In this document: positions 40,466 to 53,341 of the stretch, one piece after another | Position numbering within the stretch: position 1 is the first letter of the stretch | How the letters are laid out: every line of letters starts with the position of its first letter | Notes under the pieces: generated by a model | Seen by the model: only the letters and a program-made list of their open reading frames with translations | What the model was told of the DNA's origin: nothing | Database searches by the model: none | Program-made: the position numbers and the translations under genes | Assembly: GCA_951406725.2 (NCBI GenBank) | Contig: OX597829.1 | Span: forward strand, 37,634,001 to 37,698,000 | Direction of reading: 5' to 3' | DNA length: 64,000 nt | Source of the DNA: Octopus vulgaris | Taxonomy: Eukaryota

Positions 40466-41321
40466 AAATTCTTTACTAGAGACTTAGAATTCCCAATCAT
40501 CTGCATAACCTGTGAGCATGATGCCTACCTGGCTCATATCTGAGATTATGCCACACACATACACAAACACACACACACACATAATATAAAGACATTTCAT
40601 AGCCAGTCTTATGACTGAGAATGTGAAAGTTGAACTAGATGTGAGGTACTATCTGTAATAACCATAAATAATTCTTGCTCCTCATCATTAAGTACTGTCT
40701 GGAATTTCTTGTCTGTACCTACATGCACTGTACACATACACACACACACACACACATAATAGGTGCAGACATGTCTGCAAGGCTAAAAAGTTTGCTTCAC
40801 AACCATATGGTTTCAGGTTCAGTCCCACAGCATGGCACTTTGGGCAAGTGTCTTGTTCTATAGCCCTGGCAGTAGAAAATCTGCCTCATTGAATTCCATT
40901 TGACCAAGTCAAGCAGAGGAAAGTAGATGTTAAAATGACAATGATTACATACACACACACACACACACACACATTAAATGGCATAGGTTGAATATTATAA
41001 ATATTTTTTCTATTTGTCAGTGGGTGTTGATAATATTTCTTAATGAATTTAAAAAGTATTTATTTCACAATTCGTTGGGAGAAACATGACACACATACAT
41101 ACATGCATATATACACACTCATATCCTTTTTATGCCAGTACAAATTTCTCTCTCTCTCCCCACAGAGTGACTATCTTCACAACTATACACCCATCTTATC
41201 ATTTAGTCACTCAGTCAAGAAGCAAAAGTTAGGTCACTGTCGTTTAAAATCTCAAGTCTGCCTAAATGTATCAGATCTATGATAAGGCATTCCATCTGTG
41301 ACCATCACTTCACCATTCAAG

Positions 41322-41676
41322 CATGATCATTACCTGCATCACCTTACTGGCACTTGTGCTGGTGTCATGTGAAAAACAACATTCAAGCGTGGTCGTTGCC
41401 AGTGCCGCTGGACTGGCTCCTGTGCAGGTGGCACATAAAAAAGTACCATTTGAGCATGGCCATTGCCAGTACCGCCTGACTGGCACTCATGCCGGTGGCA
41501 CATAAAGGCACCCACTACACTCTTGGAGCGGCTGGTGTTAGGAAGGGCATCCAGCTGTAGAAACTCTGCCAGATCAGATTGGAGCCTGGTGCAGACATCT
41601 CGTTCGCCAGTCCTCAGTCAAATCATCCGACCCATGCCAGCATGGAAAGCAGACGTTAAATGATGATGATGATGAT
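41322..41676 (+). mobile_element. RTE LINE 3' UTR fragment nearly identical to 34420-34773
   Basis: Direct sequence match including atypical substitutions. Confidence 0.85.
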
Positions 41677-42671
41677 AGGACCTACAGTGTCCAGCATGCC
41701 CTTGCCTATTGTTTTTAAAGACAGTACTGTATGATTTAGGAGAGGTGCTTGGTTGTTATTTCTAGCAGAATAAGTAACCAGGTAGAAGCTTCCATGTTGG
41801 CTAGTAGTGTAATTTGATTGGTCAGCAAGGTAGACCAAGGCGTGTGTAACTTGATTGATCAACGAGTCACCCTACAGTCCTTGAAACTCATATCCATATA
41901 ATCATTATTTTACACAACCATGATGTTCCTACACACTCAGTTCAATGACAAAGCCTCTGTACAGTTGGTGAACTTGTTAGACATAGCAGTGAAGTCTCCC
42001 TCAGGTTATGTGCCTGACAGTTTTAAATAAAGAAAGGTCTATATTAGATGGTTTAGTCTCAGACAATCCACTAAAAGACAGTGTGGTCATGACCATTATG
42101 TTTGCTTAATTATGCCTGACCATTGTGTCTGTTCAATTAAGGCTGAGCCTTGGACTCAAAAATAACAACACAGAATTCCAATGGTAACTAATTGCATTAA
42201 TTATTTTGTCTACAGTGACTCAAACTTTTGTAAATATTGTAATGACAGCAAACCTAACAACAAACTGTTTGCTGATCCAATGAGAGAACCTCCTTGTAGT
42301 TCTACAACAGGGTAGAAATAACAGCTAAATCTCCCTCTAATAATACACAATTGTTTTAAGTAAAGAAAGGATGCATTAGGTAAAAAAAAAATTACACAAT
42401 AAAAAGTTAAGAAGGTCATAATTGGAATGCCTTTGATTATATTTTTTCCTGACCCTTAATGACCTGGGACTAAACAACTACAAACATATTTTAACCTTTT
42501 ACTCTGTCAAATGTAATGGTTATTTTTTCACATTACGATTCCTCTGACAAATACTTATTTCTTCACATCGTTTTGAATTTATCATAGTTTTGAGATTTCA
42601 ATGATGTGATTGTTTATTTTTAGGATGACATAGCAGGGTTGGTGGGAGAGGCCAGATCTAGCCAGTTTAAA

Positions 42672-43868
42672 GGCTAAAAGATGCCCTGTTCAATCTGTAG
42701 AAAAGGTGTAAGTAGAAACTCCATAAGATGCACCCAGTGTAAGGTTTGGACACGTAAAAGGTGCAGCAATATCAGAGGAAGGTTAACAGGGAAACTAGCT
42801 TTTGTGTGCAGAAGATGCACAGGTACAATAAATGCTGAAAATGTGCAGAAAATAGACTCCATCAACTGCTTGAGGAGCAAGCTAGAGATAGTAGATAGTT
42901 TCCATTATCTAAGTTAGTATTGGAGGTGGATGCTCTGAGAGCATAACTATGAGAATAAGATTAGGATAGGCAAATTTCAGAGAGCCCTTACCCCTGCTAG
43001 CAACAAAAGGTTTCTTTTTCAGAGTGAAAGGCAGATTGTTTGATGCCTGTGTGTGAACAGCCAGGCTGCATGGCAGTGAAACATGGGCTATAGCAGCCAA
43101 GGACATGCATGGGCTTGAAAGAAATGAAGCCAGCATGCTTTGCTGGATGTGCAATGTCAGTGTACATGTTCGACAGAGTGTAAGCATCTTGAGAGAAAAG
43201 TTAGGCATAAGAGGAATCAGATGTGATGTGCAAGAGAGATGACTGCACTGGAATGGTCATGTGGTGCATATTGACGAGGACAGCTGTGTAAAGAAGTGCC
43301 GATCACTAAATGTGGAAGGAACCTCTGGTAGAGGTAGACCAGGAAGACATGATCTTCAAACTCTGAGCTTCACAGAGACAATGACTAGTGACTCAGACCT
43401 TTGGTGATGTGCTGGAGAGGTCCCGTCAAGCCAAGTGCCCCCATGCTTGTGTCATGTAAGGAATACCTTTCGAGTGTTGAGCCTCATGGAGGCAAATCAT
43501 GTGTTCCTTTCGAGTGTTGGGCATCATGGAGGCAATGCCTGAGACCTTTGGCATTATGCTATACTTGCAAAGAAGACCTATCAAGCTGAGCAAAATCACA
43601 GTCATGGCACATACCGGTGTCACACAAATTGGCACCCATGCCAGTGGCATGTAAAAGTACCCTGTCATGCAAATGGTACCCATGCTGGTGGCATGTAAAA
43701 CCACTCATTACACTCTCAGAGTGGTTGGCGTTAGGAAGGGCATCCAGCTGTAGAAAACCATGCCAAATCAGACTGAAGCCTGATGCAGCCTTCCAGCTTG
43801 CCAGCCCTGGTCAAACTGTCCAACCCACGCCAGCATGGACAATGGACATTAAATGACGAAGAAGAAGA
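42672..43868 (+). mobile_element. 5'-truncated RTE-clade LINE: Cys-rich/RT C-terminal remnant, 3' UTR and trinucleotide tail
   Basis: PCSICRKGVSRNSIRCTQCKVW...EIVDSFHYL and LHGSETWA remnants; the 3' UTR (ttaggaagggcatccagctgtagaaa...ccagcatgga...ttaaatga) matches many short copies in the window. Confidence 0.8.
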
Positions 43869-44426
43869 TATGTATAACCCTTTAGCATTCATATTATTCT
43901 GTTAAATGTAATGCTTATTAATTCACATTGTTTTGAATTTATCATGCATTATCTCATTCTGTATGTTTGCATGCAAGAGAATGTGTGAGAGAGAAGTTGC
44001 CAAATCTACATCCAAAACACTAGGCTTCCTCTTTAACACCAGTAAACACTCCAGTCTTGGTCCTTTGTTAACCCTTTATAGTAATAAAACGGCATTGATA
44101 TTGGACTATTCAAAACATTCTAGACTTCATACATAAAAAAAAAAAAGAAGCGATTCAACTGATTGGCAAAGATTCATTTACCAACACACTACAATTCCTG
44201 TTTGTATACAGTAACATTATTTCTTCTCCCTGGCTGCCTGCCACCCTTACTATAAGTTCAAGCCAAACAATAACTGTCTCACTAGTCTGGCAAAGCATGT
44301 AAAAGGTTATCAAACCCTCTACTCCTACCCTACTTTGTCTTGCGACTGAATAGATGAAAAAAGGGTAGCGAAACTGAAACAGTGAACATTACAATATATT
44401 AATAATATATTTAGGATTACATCAGA

Positions 44427-44460
<34 letters not shown>

Positions 44461-44471
<11 letters not shown>

Positions 44472-44858
44472 GAATTAGAGATAAAACCACTATTAGGCAA
44501 CTCAAACAGTGATAGACATAAACCAATACATAAATAACAAATAATATAAATATAATTAATATAGTATATAATATATATATATAAAATTTAAAATTAAAAT
44601 TTTTTTTAACCAAAAGTATAAAAAGAATGATAAATATAAAAAAAAAATTTCTAATTATATATATATATTATATACTATATTAATTATATTTATATTATTT
44701 GTTATTTATGTATTGGTTTATGTGTATCACTGTTTGAGTTGCCTAATAGTGGTTTTATCTCTAATTCATATTTTATATTTCATATATTTATACTGTGAAA
44801 TTTGATTTAATCCTAAATCTAATCTTTCCCTGTAAGTTTGGAGCCATACTCCCTAATA
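44461..44858 (-). mobile_element. Fold-back element of the same family as 1620-2045, opposite orientation, truncated before the hammerhead
   Basis: Arms 44461-~44585 and ~44652-44778; the reverse complement of the tail (ttagggag..ccaaacttacagggaaagattagatttaggattaaatc..aattagagataaaaccactatt) matches 1621-1726. Confidence 0.8.
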
Positions 44859-45112
44859 TATATATATATTTACTTACATACATATATATTTACATACATA
44901 TATATGCATATATTCAAATACACATATATGTACACAAACATGCGTGCACACACACACACACAGAATTGTAATTTGTGATTCTGTTAGAAATGGAAAGAAC
45001 TGCAATAAAAATCATGTAATCAATACATCAAGTAAAGGGTTAACTTTGGAACAAATTTGCAAAGAGTACAACAATATTCCTGCAACAGATTCTTTATGAT
45101 GTCAATGCACAT

Positions 45113-45140
<28 letters not shown>

Positions 45141-45144
<4 letters not shown>

Positions 45145-45940
45145 GTCTGATTAATAAGTATCCGGACTGTTGCTATAGTAACAAAGCTAGAGTACAGAGA
45201 GTGAAACCGCTTGGCAGATTGACCTTGAACTCTGCGGTTCAAGGTCACTAAGTTTTAATGTTGTAACTCACTTCTGCTGTTTACAGCAGTTCTTGAAAGG
45301 AAGATGTGTAGCGTGTGATCATTATATTGATTATGACAGAGAAAGTTGAGCAGAGAATCTGCGTCAAATTTTGCCAAAAGCTTGGCGATACCTGCTCAGA
45401 TGCCTAGGTAAAGTATTCAAAAAGTTCTCGTTCTTGAAAGCAGTTTTTGGAACAAACCTGGCAGACACGCGTCTCATGTCCAAATCTTCAGTGATAATGG
45501 ACTGAACTGAACCATAACCAATCTGCACATTCTCTGATAACTCATGGATGGCGATTTGATGATTTCCCCTCACAGCTGCATGCACATCTCTGATGTTTTT
45601 CTCAGTTCTGCTGGTTGTAGGTCTTCGAGAATGCTCGTCAATATCAACATTTTTTCATCCATCTTGGAAGCCTTTGAACCACTCGTACACTTGTGTGTGG
45701 CTCATACACACCTCTCTATACACTTTTTGCAACTTTGTGTAGGCCTCTGAGCAGGTATCACCATGACAACTTTCTCTGTCGTGGTCAATGCAATGATCAC
45801 ATGCTACATACCTTCCTTCCAAGCACTGCTGTAAACAGTGGAAGTGAGCTAGAACATAAAACCTTAGTGCACATGCACAGCAGAGTTGAAGGCTTTAGCT
45901 CCGTTACTATGGCAACAGTCCAGATACTTATTGATCAGGC

Positions 45941-45944
<4 letters not shown>
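45141..45944. mobile_element. Fold-back mariner derivative made of two 5' ends
   Basis: TIRs ggtctgattaataagtatccggactgttgc / gcaacagtccagatacttattgatcaggcc; MTEKVEQRICVKFCQKLGDTCS on +; ...VYEWFK..QDG...IITEDLDMRRVSARFVPK on -. Confidence 0.8.
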
Positions 45945-45982
<38 letters not shown>

Positions 45983-45991
45983 TAAAAACGG

Positions 45992-46033
<42 letters not shown>

Positions 46034-46619
46034 ATATACATGTATGAATGTATGTGTGTGTGTGTGTGTGTACACACATGCAAGGTGCACCACAAATTTT
46101 TGGCATCCTTAGTTCCTGATTCATGCCAGGTTATCGATTTCTGTCTTATCAATGAAAAGGGGTCACATAATGATAATTCATAAAGACCGCTGCCATGTTT
46201 TTAATAAATTTTTCCTACTCAATCTCCATGACGTAACTTTGTTACTTCACTAGAAACCTGTTATTGAGATGGAAACATTCTACCAAACTTTCAAATATAA
46301 AGAGTATGAAGGCATACAAGTAACTGAGACAAAATCTGATGCCACATGCTAACTTTCTAACTGCAAGCACCCCACACCCTGCCCATCAAAACCCTCTCTT
46401 GAAAAGTAAATGTGAAGGGCATATAATTTACCTTTACCTCTTTCAGTTCATACTGGAGAATTGTATTCTCTTCAGTGAGAGGTTAAGTTATATCAACTTG
46501 CCCTTGAGTGAAAGAGCAAGAAGCAGGAAGAGTAAAGGGCAAGTCCTAAGGGAATTAGCAAGTGGTGTTATGTTTCGTGTTAAGTCTTTAGCATTCAGAT
46601 CAAATATGAGATTTATTTA

Positions 46620-46998
46620 TTCTTTTACTAGTTTCAGTCATTTGACTGCAGCCATGCTGGAGCACCGTCTTTAGTTGAGCAAATTGACCCAAGGACTTAT
46701 TCTTTGTAAGCCTAGTACTTATTCTATCAGTCTGTTTTGCTGAACTGCTAAGTTATGGGGACATAAATGAACCAGCATTGGTTGTTAAGCGATGGACAAA
46801 CACAGACAACACAAATAGATATATATATATATACACACACACGATGGGCTTCTTTCAGTTTCTCTCTACCAAATCCACTCATAAGGCTTTGGTTGGCCCA
46901 AGGCTATAATAGAAGACACTTGCCCAAGGTGCCATGCAGTGGGACTGAACCCAGAACCATGTGGTTGGTAAGCAAGCTACTTACCACAGCCACTCCTT
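46620..46998 (-). mobile_element. SINE family A inserted in a piggyBac-like MITE
   Basis: Family consensus; flanks ctttagcattc...aatgcta belong to the MITE. Confidence 0.8.
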
Positions 46999-48251
46999 CA
47001 CATTCTTTAAAAATTTGCTATGCATTGTCTCATAGCTTCATGATTTTGATGATGTGATTGTTTATTATTTTTTTTTAAAGAATTTTAGTGTGGGTGTGAG
47101 AGGCTGGATCTGGCTTGTTTGAACATAAAACAGGTAGAATATTTGGGCTGGATATGGAGGGGGGGCAGTTTAAATGCTATATTATTAGGTGCAGGGAGAG
47201 CATTTCCACCTTCATGTGTTACTAGTGGACAAATGAATGTGTGTGTTTGTAAAAGCTTTGCATTGGAAAGTTATTTATAAGGGTCATGCTCTTATATAAT
47301 TATGTTCAGACTGAAAGAGGTAAAAGGTTCATTAGTTGCCAGAAAACGTGTAGTGTACCTGTATATGATTCCTTTCAAAGCTGCAGGTGTTCTCAAACAT
47401 TTTTACCTATGGACCCCTTTGATTACTATTTATTCTGATGGACCCCCCCTCCCATAACAATTTGATGTTTAAAAACTAGTTTAACTTGTTGAATTATATA
47501 AAATGTGAGAGAAAGAAACCTAACTGTTTCTTGTAATACATACCAATGCAAAAGAATTTCAGGGGCCCTTAAAATACTGTTGTTGATCTCCAATTTATTC
47601 TTTTGTTAGGTGGACCCCAAACCAAAATCTTATATGGATCCCAGTTGAGAACCACTGCTCAACATCATCCCAACAGCAGGCTCTTTTTTCCAAGGCCAGA
47701 AGATACTTCAGTCCTCAACAATTACTGATATTCTATAACGCTCAAATAAGACCCATAATAAAGTATTACTCTCGTATCTGAAACAGTATTGCTGCAGCTG
47801 CACACACAGACAACCAGGAAAGAGCTACTTGACTGAATGATATAAAATCACTCATAGGCAGGCTCCAACCTCTGGCCAACAGGTGGGCTGTCTCTGCTCT
47901 CTGCCTTTTTTTTATCATTACCATAGGAATCTGCAATTGGGCAATTCCCAACCATCACCCTTGTTTTCCCTCACATCCCATTTTAAGTTCCACACTAGTC
48001 ACTATGCTCAGACTGTCAGTCTTGTGTGATTCTTTCCTAGCTCATGCCTTTTCCACAGGTGTTGACTTATAGGGTTCAAGAGGAACATGAGGGGCATCCA
48101 TCTCACCTGAAATTTCAAAGAGCAAGGACACTGTTTATCCCCAACCTTCAGACAAGAAAAGGAAAAATTGATGCATTCTGTGATATAAAAATGTGTGTGT
48201 ATGTGTGTGTAAATAAATAATACGAAAAAAAAAACAAAAAAACGTAATTAC

Positions 48252-48871
48252 CATGGATTGCTTTGAAGGAAAATAACGAGATTCTGAAGTTGTATTAAGA
48301 TAAGATGACTGTTGGTTTTCTGTACCACCATCCCAACATTTTGTTGGTGGGGTATCTCCACTTGCCTGCCCCATACTATGATCACAGGTTGCTATAGCTT
48401 TTGGTTTCGGAGGAAACTGGTTCTGGTTCCGACTTAATTTCCGGTGAATTAATGGACTAATATTTGATTCAAGTGAAACACCTGAGTCGCTGCTTGGTTT
48501 ACTAAAATCACCAAGGACATGATGCTGTCCTCGTAGACCCAGACTATCACTGTCTTCTGAAGGTAACAGTTGTCCTGGGACATGATGCTGTCCTCGTAGA
48601 CCCAGACTACCAATGTCTTCTGAAGGTAACAGTTGTCCTGGCAAACTGTTCTTTCTTTCAGCAGAAATCTCTGATGATGTTCTAAGTAACAAAGACCTAG
48701 GTTTGGCAGGAACCGGCGGTGGGCAAGGTTTTACCCTTTCTTCTTTCTGTTGTTTTGCTTTAGTTTCTGGTTTCGTTACTTCAAATTTTTTAACTCGCTG
48801 CTTCACAGAAACTTGACTGTCGGAATTTTCTTCCCCTTTGGAAACAAAAGGATCTGTTCGTTCAGCTGATT
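48252..48871 (-). CDS. shroom: Internal coding exon (620 nt, phase 1 to 0) of a Shroom-like gene; Ser/Pro-rich, with VSVKQRVKKFE and PPPVPAKP motifs
   Basis: Acceptor ttttcttttgcag before 48871; donor ATG|gtaatt after 48252; open frame matches ORF 48135..48806; phase-0 end fits the next exon at 16250. Gene identity comes from the downstream exons. Confidence 0.7.
48515..48640. repeat. In-frame 63-bp tandem duplication within the exon (PGQLLPSED..SLGLRGQHHV x2)
   Basis: ggacatgatgctgtcctcgtagacccagacta... starts at 48515 and 48578 with only a few differences. Confidence 0.95.
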
Positions 48872-50457
48872 CTGCAAAAGAAAATCGGATAAAAACAACA
48901 CTTAATATTATTTGGTTTTTTTTTATTTACCAAAAAGATCAAGAAGAAAATAAATTTACTGAAAAAAGTTATAAATTTGAAACCTTTAAAATATCGAAAA
49001 AAATAAGAGAAAACCTCCTAAACATTTATCCATATACTGGTTTCAAATTCTGGCACAAGGCCAGCAACTTTGGAAGAAGGGGCAAACGGATTAGATTGAC
49101 TCCAGTGCTCAACAGGTACTTATTTTATCAATCTCAAAAGGATGAAAGGAGAAAAAAAATCAATCCCAGCAGTATTGAACTCAGAATGTAAAGTCAGAAT
49201 AAATGTTGCCAAGCATTTTCTCTGGCACGGTAATGTTTCTGTCAGTTCACTGCCTTATTTAGCCAAAAAATTCATTTGTAAACTTGTTCACTGGTAGAAA
49301 ATAGATTCATGAAATATATTTATATCTACAATGGCATGGGAAAACTACTCAAAAACTATTTCCCTCTATTTGATTAATTTGTCAAAATAACTTTAGTGCT
49401 TCATGCAAAATTGAAAATTCTACTTTCGTAAAAGACAGCACAGTCTAGGGTCCTGTGCAGCAAAAATAACTCAAAGCTATATAGCTGCAAAGCAAACTTT
49501 TTAACCATTCTACCATTATTCTTGACAAACAAGTATTTTTAATCAGTTAGCCTGGGAAAGTCAATTCTGTCTGCAATGTCTGAAATAAATTTATCAAAAG
49601 AACGATAGAAGTATTGTGTTTTTGCTGCTAGTTTATTTAATCTATTAAAAACAGGATCATCAGCATTGTTTAATGTCTGCCTTTCATGCTGGCATGGGTT
49701 GGATTGTTTGACAGGAACTGGCCAGGCAGAAGACTGCACTAGATTCCTGTGTCAGTTTTGGAAAGATTTTTACAGCTGGATCGCCATCTTAACACCAATC
49801 ACCCCACAGAGTGGAGTGAGTGCTTTTTGCATGGCACTAGCACAGGTGAGGTTAGTTTTGGATGCCCTTCCAAATGTCAATCACTTAACAGTGTGAACTG
49901 GAACCTTTGATATAACATATAATTAGAAAGTGACAACGAGGGTGCATTCACATGGTTACTCAACCTGCTAAAACAGCAGTCAAATCTTCCACGAATCACA
50001 TCTTAACATCGTGAGAAATGATACACTGGATAATGTAAATATTATATTGTCTTCTAGAAAGACAGACTGATTGTGACTGGAATTCCTTTGTTGGTAAGTC
50101 TGCTCAATCGATGTTGTCCTGGGACCAAACAGCTATACAATTACATATAGTAGCCTACACAAACACTGCTAATGCATCTCAAGTCAAGATGGTTTGTTTT
50201 TTTTACCTTTTACTTGTGTCAGTCAATTGACTGCGACTATGATGGAGTAACACTTTGGAGAATTTTTAGTCAAATGAACCGACCCCAGGACTTATTTTTT
50301 TTTAAGCCTGGTACTTATTGTATCAGTCTCTTTTGCTGAACTGCTAAGTTATGGGGATATAAACACACCAACACCAGTTGTCAGATGGTGGTGGGGGGGA
50401 CAAACACAGACACAAAGACAAACACATGTAGATATGTGAATCTCACTCTATATATAT

Positions 50458-50795
50458 ATCATCATCATCATCATCATCATCGTTTAACGTCCGCTTTCCA
50501 TGCTAGCATGGGTTGGACGGTTCAACTGGGGTCTGGGGAGCCCGAAGGCTGCACCAGGCCAGTCAGATCTGGCAGTGTTTCTACAGCTGGATCCCCTTCC
50601 TAACGCCAACCACTCCGAGAGTGTAGTGGGTGATTTTATGTGCCACCGACACAGGTGCCAGACGAGGCTGGCGAACGGCCACGCTCGGATGGTGTTTTTA
50701 TGTGCCACCGACACAGGTGCCAGACGAGGCTGGCAGACGGCCACGCTCGGATGGTGTTTTTATGTGCCACCGACACAGGTGCCAGATGAGGCTGA
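50458..50795 (-). mobile_element. RTE LINE 3' UTR fragment with ~2.5 units, nested in SINE family A
   Basis: (CAT)n tail; ttttatgtgccaccgacacaggtgccaga occurs three times; SINE A sequence on both sides. Confidence 0.8.
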
Positions 50796-53109
50796 GCTTC
50801 TTTCAGTTTCCACCTACCAAATCCATTCACAAGGTTTTGGTTGGCCCAAGGCTACAGTAGAGGACATTTGCCGAAGGTGCTATGCTGTCAGACTGAACCC
50901 AGAACTATGTGGTAAGGAAGTAAGCTTCTTACAACACAGCCACATGCGCGCCTAAGTTAAGTAAAAATGTTTGAAATGAAGTTGAAAGAAAAGTTTCTAC
51001 AAATGAACTTTATTAGACCGCAAATTTATAAGAATTGTTACAATAAGCTTATATGTATATACCTTTTTTTTTTCAAGCAGTAAATGGGAATGGTTTGCAT
51101 TACAGTTACCACTCCCATTTATTCCAATTAAAAAAAAAATCTGGTAGGCAAATAAGATAAGAAATACCAGTCATTCAAGTTTTGCCCCATCTTTACTTTC
51201 CTGACTTTACTCTATCTGACAATCATCTTTACAGATCATTGAAACATTATTTAGAGAGAAAACAGTTTATTAATTTTAAGGAGGTTAAAAATGATATTGA
51301 GTGTTTTTTTGCTTCGAAACCTGACTAATTTTATACTGAAAGTATTAAAAGTTCACCAAATAGATGGGATTATATTATTAATAATGAGGTGGGAAATTAT
51401 CTTTAATAAATTAAGAACAGAGAAGCATTTGTTTCTTTTCCACCTTGAAATATGGTAGGCCTTTCTTTCAAACATAATGCAATAAAGGGTAGATGTGTCT
51501 GAAGAATGCTTGATTGCTTACACATACTTGAGTAAACAACTGAAAACTTACTATCAACTGTGAAGACTCATACACACACATGCGCGCACACTATATTTTA
51601 ACAAGAATGGAGTTGACAGGGACTTTGAAGTTTTGGCCTGCTTGGCTTTCACTGGACTGCCAACAACTAAGTAGGCTGAAAATTCGAAGTCACTGTAAAC
51701 ATTGTTCTTGTTAAAGAATAATAAATATGTGCTCAACAAAAAGTATTGGTTAATCTTTCAGTTTAATGTTGAATTGTTTTTACCATAACTTGACATAAAA
51801 ACAAACATTTATAGATGTGTGCTTGTATTAATTAATGTCCCTGTTATTGATTCTTGAAGGAATTAAGTGGTGGTAGATTGTGATAGTAATAATAGATAAA
51901 ATTATATAAGAAGGTGCTGCTGCTGATGATGATGATGACAATTATGGTAAATGTGAAATATCTCGCCCAGAGACTTGATGACTTCATTTGATATAAAATT
52001 CACCGAATTTCATTCTGAAGTAGTCAAAAGTTTGGAATCCCTAGATAAAACTACATTTTTTAAATATATATTTACTGTTTGCATTGCAGCACACTTTCTT
52101 CATCTGCTGTTGTATGGAAAATGAAACATTATTAGTACCTTCCAATAGCATCACTCCCTCCAAACATGCAGAGCAGCAGTTATATCACCAAGTTGACAGG
52201 CATCTTTGATTCATTTTTCTAGTCAAAAGAGTTTTACAACTCAAAATTGTTTATAACAGTGTGTAAAATTATGAGCTGGCAGAACTATTAGTACATGGGG
52301 TAAAATGCTTTGTGGGATTTCAAATTTGCCTTCCATCCTTAATAAATACTAGTTGGGTCCTGTGGTCAATGTAATTGACTTACCCGCTACTCCAAAATTG
52401 CTGGCCTTGTGCCAAAATTTAAAGCCATTATTTATAGGTTTATGTGCCTTGAGACCCCCTGTTCCAAAAAAAAAAAAAAAAATTCAGTTCTTTATGCTTT
52501 TTTCATCATTGTAGCTATTTCCATACTCCACAGTGAGTGTTCACAGATCAACTGAATATAAATCCATAAGGGTTGTTTTTTGAAACACTTTATTACATTA
52601 TGCTAACTCAGAACGAATGCCATAAACAAATGGTATAAACTACATCTTATGTGCATTATACCTTTTCCTATATATGCTCTCTGTACACCAGTAATAAACT
52701 AGTAATACTATTAAGCACAATTGTAACTACACATGTGTACAAGAAATAGACTATATGACAATAGTCTACATGGAGCTCTAAATTCATATATCTGACTGTA
52801 CATACTATTTTATAAATATATATATATATACACACACACACATACATAGAGGATGGATATTATATCCGGGCTGTCCATATATATATATAAATAATCATCA
52901 TCATTCAACATCTGTTTTCTATGTTGGCATGGATTGGACAATTTGACAGGAGCTGGCAAACAAGAGGGCTGAACCATATTCCATTCGGCATTCTGTTTTG
53001 GCATGGTTTCTGCAGCTTGATGCCCTTCTTAATGCCAACCACTTTACAGAGTGTACTGGGTACTATACACATGGTTGCAGCACAGGTGCTTTGTACATGG
53101 TGTTGGCAC

Positions 53110-53341
53110 AAGGCGGCGAGCTGGCAGAAATGTTAGCACGCCGGACGAAATGCTTAGCGATATTTCGTCTGCGTGACGTTGTGAGTTCAAATTCCGCCAA
53201 GGTCGACTTTGCCTTTCATCCTTTCGGGGTCGATAAATTAAGTACCAGTTACGCACTGGGGTCGATGTAATCGACTTAATACCTATGTCTGTCCTTGTTT
53301 GTCCCCTCTGTGTTTAGCCCCTTGTGGGTAATAAAGAAATA
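53110..53341 (+). mobile_element. SINE family B with TSD, inserted in an RTE 3'-end fragment
   Basis: TSD ggtgttggcacaag at 53099-53112 and 53342-53355. Confidence 0.85.

Noticed and set aside
45928-46152. YI/CV/HT-rich ORFs here and throughout the window
   Set aside because: Translations of TA, TG and CA microsatellites.
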